DNA of 64,000 nucleotides from positions 1,445 through 65,444 of the forward strand of contig MEUC01000029.1 in assembly GCA_001771545.1 (NCBI GenBank), read 5' to 3'. The stretch is from a candidate division WOR-1 bacterium RIFOXYB2_FULL_42_35 (GTDB taxonomy: Bacteria > Margulisbacteria > WOR-1 > O2-12-FULL-45-9). Position 1 is the first letter of the stretch. The number at the start of each line of letters is the position of its first letter. Shown piece by piece: positions 60,419 through 64,000 of this stretch. Below the pieces are notes generated by a model. That model had not been told where the DNA came from, ran no database searches, and saw only the letters and a program-made list of their open reading frames with translations. Position numbers and translations under genes: made by a program.

Positions 60419-60492
60419 TGCCGGGGGCCAGGATTGAACTGGCGACCTAAGGCTTATGAGTCCTTCGCTCTAGCCAACTGAGCTACCCCGGC
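60419..60492 (-). tRNA. tRNA with a CAU anticodon (elongator Met or Ile2/lysidine type). No CCA is encoded.
   Basis: Minus-strand GCCGGGGTAGCTCAGTTGGCTAGAGCGAAGGACTCATAAGCCTTAGGTCGCCAGTTCAATCCTGGCCCCCGGCA. Cloverleaf with T-loop TTCAATC, a 1:72 G-C pair, and an A31·G39 mismatch. Confidence 0.8.
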
Positions 60493-60586
60493 ACAAACTT
60501 TAGGATATCATACCGAAAATTCATTTGCAATAAGACCAGGCTGGTGCTAAAATGACCTCAAATTCAGCTAACAGGAGGAAATTACC

Positions 60587-61015
60587 TTGGCAAACAGCGT
60601 AAAAATAATGATCGTCGACGACGAACCATCTGTCCGTGAATCTTTCAAAATGATCTTAAAAATTAAGGATTATGAAGTAGAAACTTTTCCTGACGGACCA
60701 ACAGCCATTGCCTCTCTGCAAAAAGACAAGTTTGATATGGCTTTTGTTGACTACAAATTACCGGGCATGGATGGGCTTGAAGTCCTTAAAAAGATTAAAG
60801 AAATAGATTCCAATATGGAAGTCTGCATTGTCACTGCTTATGCTACTGAAACATCTCATGCTAACGCTATCACCTTAGGTGCGCTAGAATATTTGCGCAA
60901 ACCTTTTTTGATGGAAGAAATCTACGAATTGGTTGAACGAGGCCTCCGCAAACGCCGACAAAAAGGCGTTAAAAAAGAAGATTCTGACAACCAAGAGATC
61001 GGCAACATTCACTAA
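60587..61015 (+). CDS. Stand-alone response-regulator receiver (CheY-like) protein.
   Basis: IMIVDDEP…D…K receiver motifs. Confidence 0.8.
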   Translation: MANSVKIMIVDDEPSVRESFKMILKIKDYEVETFPDGPTAIASLQKDKFDMAFVDYKLPGMDGLEVLKKIKEIDSNMEVCIVTAYATETSHANAITLGALEYLRKPFLMEEIYELVERGLRKRRQKGVKKEDSDNQEIGNIH

Positions 61016-61035
61016 TCCTTCGACTTTACCCGGGA

Positions 61036-61962
61036 TTAAACTTGCCGGCCAACTGCTAACATTTTTTCAATAGCCAGACGCGCTTTAGCCGCTATTTCGG
61101 GCGGGACTCTTACTTCTGTTATTAAATCTTCTAACGACCAAAGGATTTTCTCAAGAGTGGTTAACTTCATATTAGGGCAAATTGCGCTAGCCAGTGCGGG
61201 ATAAAAGTTTTTTTCTGGGTTTTGTCTTTTAAGACTATGAAGAATCCCAATTTCGGTCGCCAGGATAAACTCTTTACTCCCTGATTCTTTAGCTAATTTG
61301 AGCATGCCTCCGGTTGATAAGACATAATCAGCCAAAGCAATTGTTTCTGGCCGGCATTCCGGATGGACCAAGACCTTTGCTCCCGGATATTTATCTTTGG
61401 CTGTCATAATATGCTCAGGCAAAATTTTGGCATGCGTTGGACAAAAACCTTGCCACAAGATAATTCTCTTATCCTTCACCTTACTGGCAACATAACTCCC
61501 CAAATATTTATCCGGTACAAAAATAATTTCTTCTGTATTGGTCAAGGACTCAACTACCCTAATCGCATTAGCAGAAGTACAACAGATATCAGACTCTGCC
61601 TTAATATCTGCCCCACTATTGACATAGCAAACCACTTTGGCCTTTGGATTTTGATCCTTGAGCTTCTTAAGGGCTGTAACGGTAATCATATCCGCCATGG
61701 GACAGCCCGCATTGATCTCAGGGACAACAACCTTCTTATCAATGGAAATGATCGCAGCAGTTTCTGCCATAAAGTTTACACCACAGAACACAATTAACTT
61801 TGCTGTGGTTTTCGACGCTTCAATAGAAAGGCCTAGAGAATCCCCAGTGTAATCGGCAATATCCTGGACCTCCCCTATTTGATAGTTATGCGCCAGGACG
61901 ACCGCGTTGTGGTTTTTTTTCAACTTATTGATTTTGTTTATTAGATTATTTTTCATTGTCAA
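61036..61962 (-). CDS. nadA: Quinolinate synthase.
   Basis: Three-fold repeat with the Cys ligands characteristic of NadA. Confidence 0.85.
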   Translation of the reverse strand: MTMKNNLINKINKLKKNHNAVVLAHNYQIGEVQDIADYTGDSLGLSIEASKTTAKLIVFCGVNFMAETAAIISIDKKVVVPEINAGCPMADMITVTALKKLKDQNPKAKVVCYVNSGADIKAESDICCTSANAIRVVESLTNTEEIIFVPDKYLGSYVASKVKDKRIILWQGFCPTHAKILPEHIMTAKDKYPGAKVLVHPECRPETIALADYVLSTGGMLKLAKESGSKEFILATEIGILHSLKRQNPEKNFYPALASAICPNMKLTTLEKILWSLEDLITEVRVPPEIAAKARLAIEKMLAVGRQV

Positions 61963-61966
61963 ACCA

Positions 61967-63085
61967 TTAGTTTATTACACCACCACCAAGCACTTCTCCC
62001 CCTTGATAAAAAACCACTGACTGTCCTGGAGTTATTGATCTCTGGGGCTGCTGAAAAACAACCTTTGCTTTGTTGCCCTCTAAAGGATAAAGAACTGCTT
62101 CATGCTCAACCGAATTATAGCGTATTTTTGCTTTAACCTTCAAAGGCTCAATTGGTCCCTGGCCTGAAACATAACAAAGATCTGCAGCAACTAATTCTTT
62201 AGCCAAAAGATCAGCCTGATCCCCAATTATAACCGCATTTTTTTCTGCGTCGATCCTCAGCACATATTTTGGCAGACTCATATGGTGTCCGATCCCTTTT
62301 CTTTGCCCCAAGGTATAGAAAGCAATACCCTCATGCCGACCAACAACCTTGCCTGTCATATCAATTATTGGTCCAGGCTTTACCACAGCCGGGCAATTTT
62401 CTTTTAAAAAACGGACATAATCATCGTCCTCAACAAAACAGATTTCCTGACTTTCTTCTTTATCATGAACTGCTAAATTAAACTTCTTAGCCAATTGCCT
62501 AACTTCCGTTTTAGTGAACTCCCCCATCGGAAACAACGTCCGCCTCAACGTCTCCTGATTTAACATATAAAGCACATACGACTGATCCTTTTTAGCATCT
62601 TTCCCCTTTAATAAGTTATAACCATTCTTATTCCCCTCTGGGAGAGGGGTTAGGGGTGAGGGCACAATACGAACATAGTGCCCCGTCGCTATATAATCAC
62701 AACCAAGTTCGTCAGCCTTTTTTAGAAGATGATCAAATTTAATAAATTGATTACAGCGAATACAAGGGTTTGGTGTACGGCCATTTTTATACTCATCAAT
62801 AAAATTGTCTATGACTTTTTCTTTAAAGATGTCGCGAAAGTTTAAAGTATAATGGGGAATTTTAAGGACATCCGCTACAGATTTAGCATCATTAACAGCT
62901 TCAAGAGAACAACAACCACCAAAGGCTTTTTTACTGGGCCAGATTTGCATAGTAACCCCAAGAACATCATGCCCTTGCTCTTTTAACAAGGCAGCAGTAA
63001 CAGAGGAATCAACTCCTCCAGACATAGCAACAAGGATTTTTGGTTTATTTTGGTTAGTCATTAGAAAAAATAATCCGGCAGCCAA
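61967..63085 (-). CDS. mnmA: tRNA-specific 2-thiouridylase MnmA. Carries a short GC-rich palindromic insertion.
   Basis: PP-loop AMSGGVDSSV, and the catalytic Cys residues. Confidence 0.85.
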   Translation of the reverse strand: MAAGLFFLMTNQNKPKILVAMSGGVDSSVTAALLKEQGHDVLGVTMQIWPSKKAFGGCCSLEAVNDAKSVADVLKIPHYTLNFRDIFKEKVIDNFIDEYKNGRTPNPCIRCNQFIKFDHLLKKADELGCDYIATGHYVRIVPSPLTPLPEGNKNGYNLLKGKDAKKDQSYVLYMLNQETLRRTLFPMGEFTKTEVRQLAKKFNLAVHDKEESQEICFVEDDDYVRFLKENCPAVVKPGPIIDMTGKVVGRHEGIAFYTLGQRKGIGHHMSLPKYVLRIDAEKNAVIIGDQADLLAKELVAADLCYVSGQGPIEPLKVKAKIRYNSVEHEAVLYPLEGNKAKVVFQQPQRSITPGQSVVFYQGGEVLGGGVIN

Positions 63086-63481
63086 CTACTTTCCCAGAAT
63101 CTTGGCGATGGTTTCATGAAGTTTTTCATAGTCAATCGGTTTAGCAACAATAGCAGCAGCTTTTTTTCTAATAGAATCGCGGATAGTAGAGTCATCATCA
63201 TGGTAGATGGAAAAAATCAGCACAGGCAGCTTAGGCTTGGCCTGCTTAATAGCATCTAAAACTATTTCTCCATCTATGTCCGGCATAGAAAAGTCTGTCA
63301 CAACCAAGTCAAAATCATTCTTCAAGGCTTGCTCGATCCCTTCTTTACCTGAATCAGCAGTGGTTACAAGGTAGCCCCAATTTGCCTCCAGATCCATTTT
63401 AACAATATCAGTAATATCTTTTTCATCGTCGATAAGCAACATTTTAATTTTTGCCGAAGAAGGGGAAGTGGTCATAATCAT
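63086..63481 (-). CDS. Response-regulator receiver-domain protein.
   Basis: KMLLIDDEKD…D…K. Confidence 0.75.
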   Translation of the reverse strand: MIMTTSPSSAKIKMLLIDDEKDITDIVKMDLEANWGYLVTTADSGKEGIEQALKNDFDLVVTDFSMPDIDGEIVLDAIKQAKPKLPVLIFSIYHDDDSTIRDSIRKKAAAIVAKPIDYEKLHETIAKILGK

Positions 63482-63551
63482 CGTTTCCTTTCTTATTAAT
63501 GAAATCTTCCGAATGATTCATTTTACCAAGTACACAGTAAAGTTTCAAACT

Positions 63552-64000
63552 CTATAAAACAGGATCTTGCCAATCACGAATAGCACTTATTAACTCACGC
63601 GTAATGCCCTTCACATCACCAGCCTGCGTAATTTCGGTAACCATAGCAATGTGTCCAGCTCCTGCAGCTAAGACTTCGTTGATGTTTGATTTTTTTATCC
63701 CACCCATGACCGTAAAAGGGATTTTAAGCTGGGAAGAAATTTCTTTTATTGCCGAAACCCCAACAACTTGCCCAACCACATTTTTTGTTTGCGTGGGAAA
63801 AATCGGCCCAATGTTAACATAGTCAGCCCCTGCTTCCTGAGCAGTCAAAGCTTCCTCCAGGTTGTGACTAGAAGCGCCAATTAACAAAGCTGGGGCCAGT
63901 CTACGAGCCGCTGCAATCGAAAGGTCGGCCAGCCCTAAATGAACCCCGTCAGCACCATATTTCAAAGCAAGCTCAACAAAATCATTGATAATCAATAAGG
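63552..64000 (-). CDS. thiE: Thiamine-phosphate synthase. The N-terminus probably extends beyond the window.
   Basis: TIM-barrel ThiE motifs …GADGVHLG…VMGGI…. Confidence 0.6.
   Translation of the reverse strand, partial: LLIINDFVELALKYGADGVHLGLADLSIAAARRLAPALLIGASSHNLEEALTAQEAGADYVNIGPIFPTQTKNVVGQVVGVSAIKEISSQLKIPFTVMGGIKKSNINEVLAAGAGHIAMVTEITQAGDVKGITRELISAIRDWQDPVL

Overview
This 64-kb window comes from a low-GC diderm bacterium with anaerobic features. The evidence is an rnfCDGEAB–rseC operon, LPS-heptose genes gmhA/gmhB/hldE, a FadL-like outer-membrane protein, TlpA/CcdA and cobalamin-dependent MetH. Gene density is high, with roughly 75 CDS and one tRNA-CAU. Housekeeping loci include rarA, nfo, larB–larC, tatD, rfbC, panD, hisG, acpP, murE–femX, serS, cysS, cysE, asd, trxB, metH, rimI, tsaB/tsaE, folK/folP, tilS, nadA, mnmA and thiE (partial). 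Interleaved with these are accessory features. The clearest is a complete diversity-generating retroelement at 31.37–33.50 kb. It reads, on the minus strand, target (with VR), avd-like gene, reverse transcriptase, then TR. The 82-bp TR/VR pair differs at 12 positions, and every one is an adenine in the TR. Other accessory items are two HepT/MntA (HEPN/MNT) pairs and one HicAB pair. Two tandem Gly/Ser/Cys-rich small ORFs at 45.47–45.96 kb, with a repeated C-x-x-G motif, look like RiPP precursors. Two large compositionally atypical hypothetical proteins (1407 aa and 554 aa) sit next to copies of a MITE-like element with a 9-bp-stem/AAG-triloop hairpin. There is also a ~130-bp palindromic element in two copies. 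A heptamer-periodic (NNCTTTG / CAAAGNN) repeat family is present at at least six sites. Three of these lie in frame inside coding sequence, including conserved genes (MurE, MetH linker, the N-terminus of a TPR protein). No CRISPR array, rRNA or prophage was seen. Functional calls rest on my reading of the translated ORFs and motif recognition only; no database searches were run.
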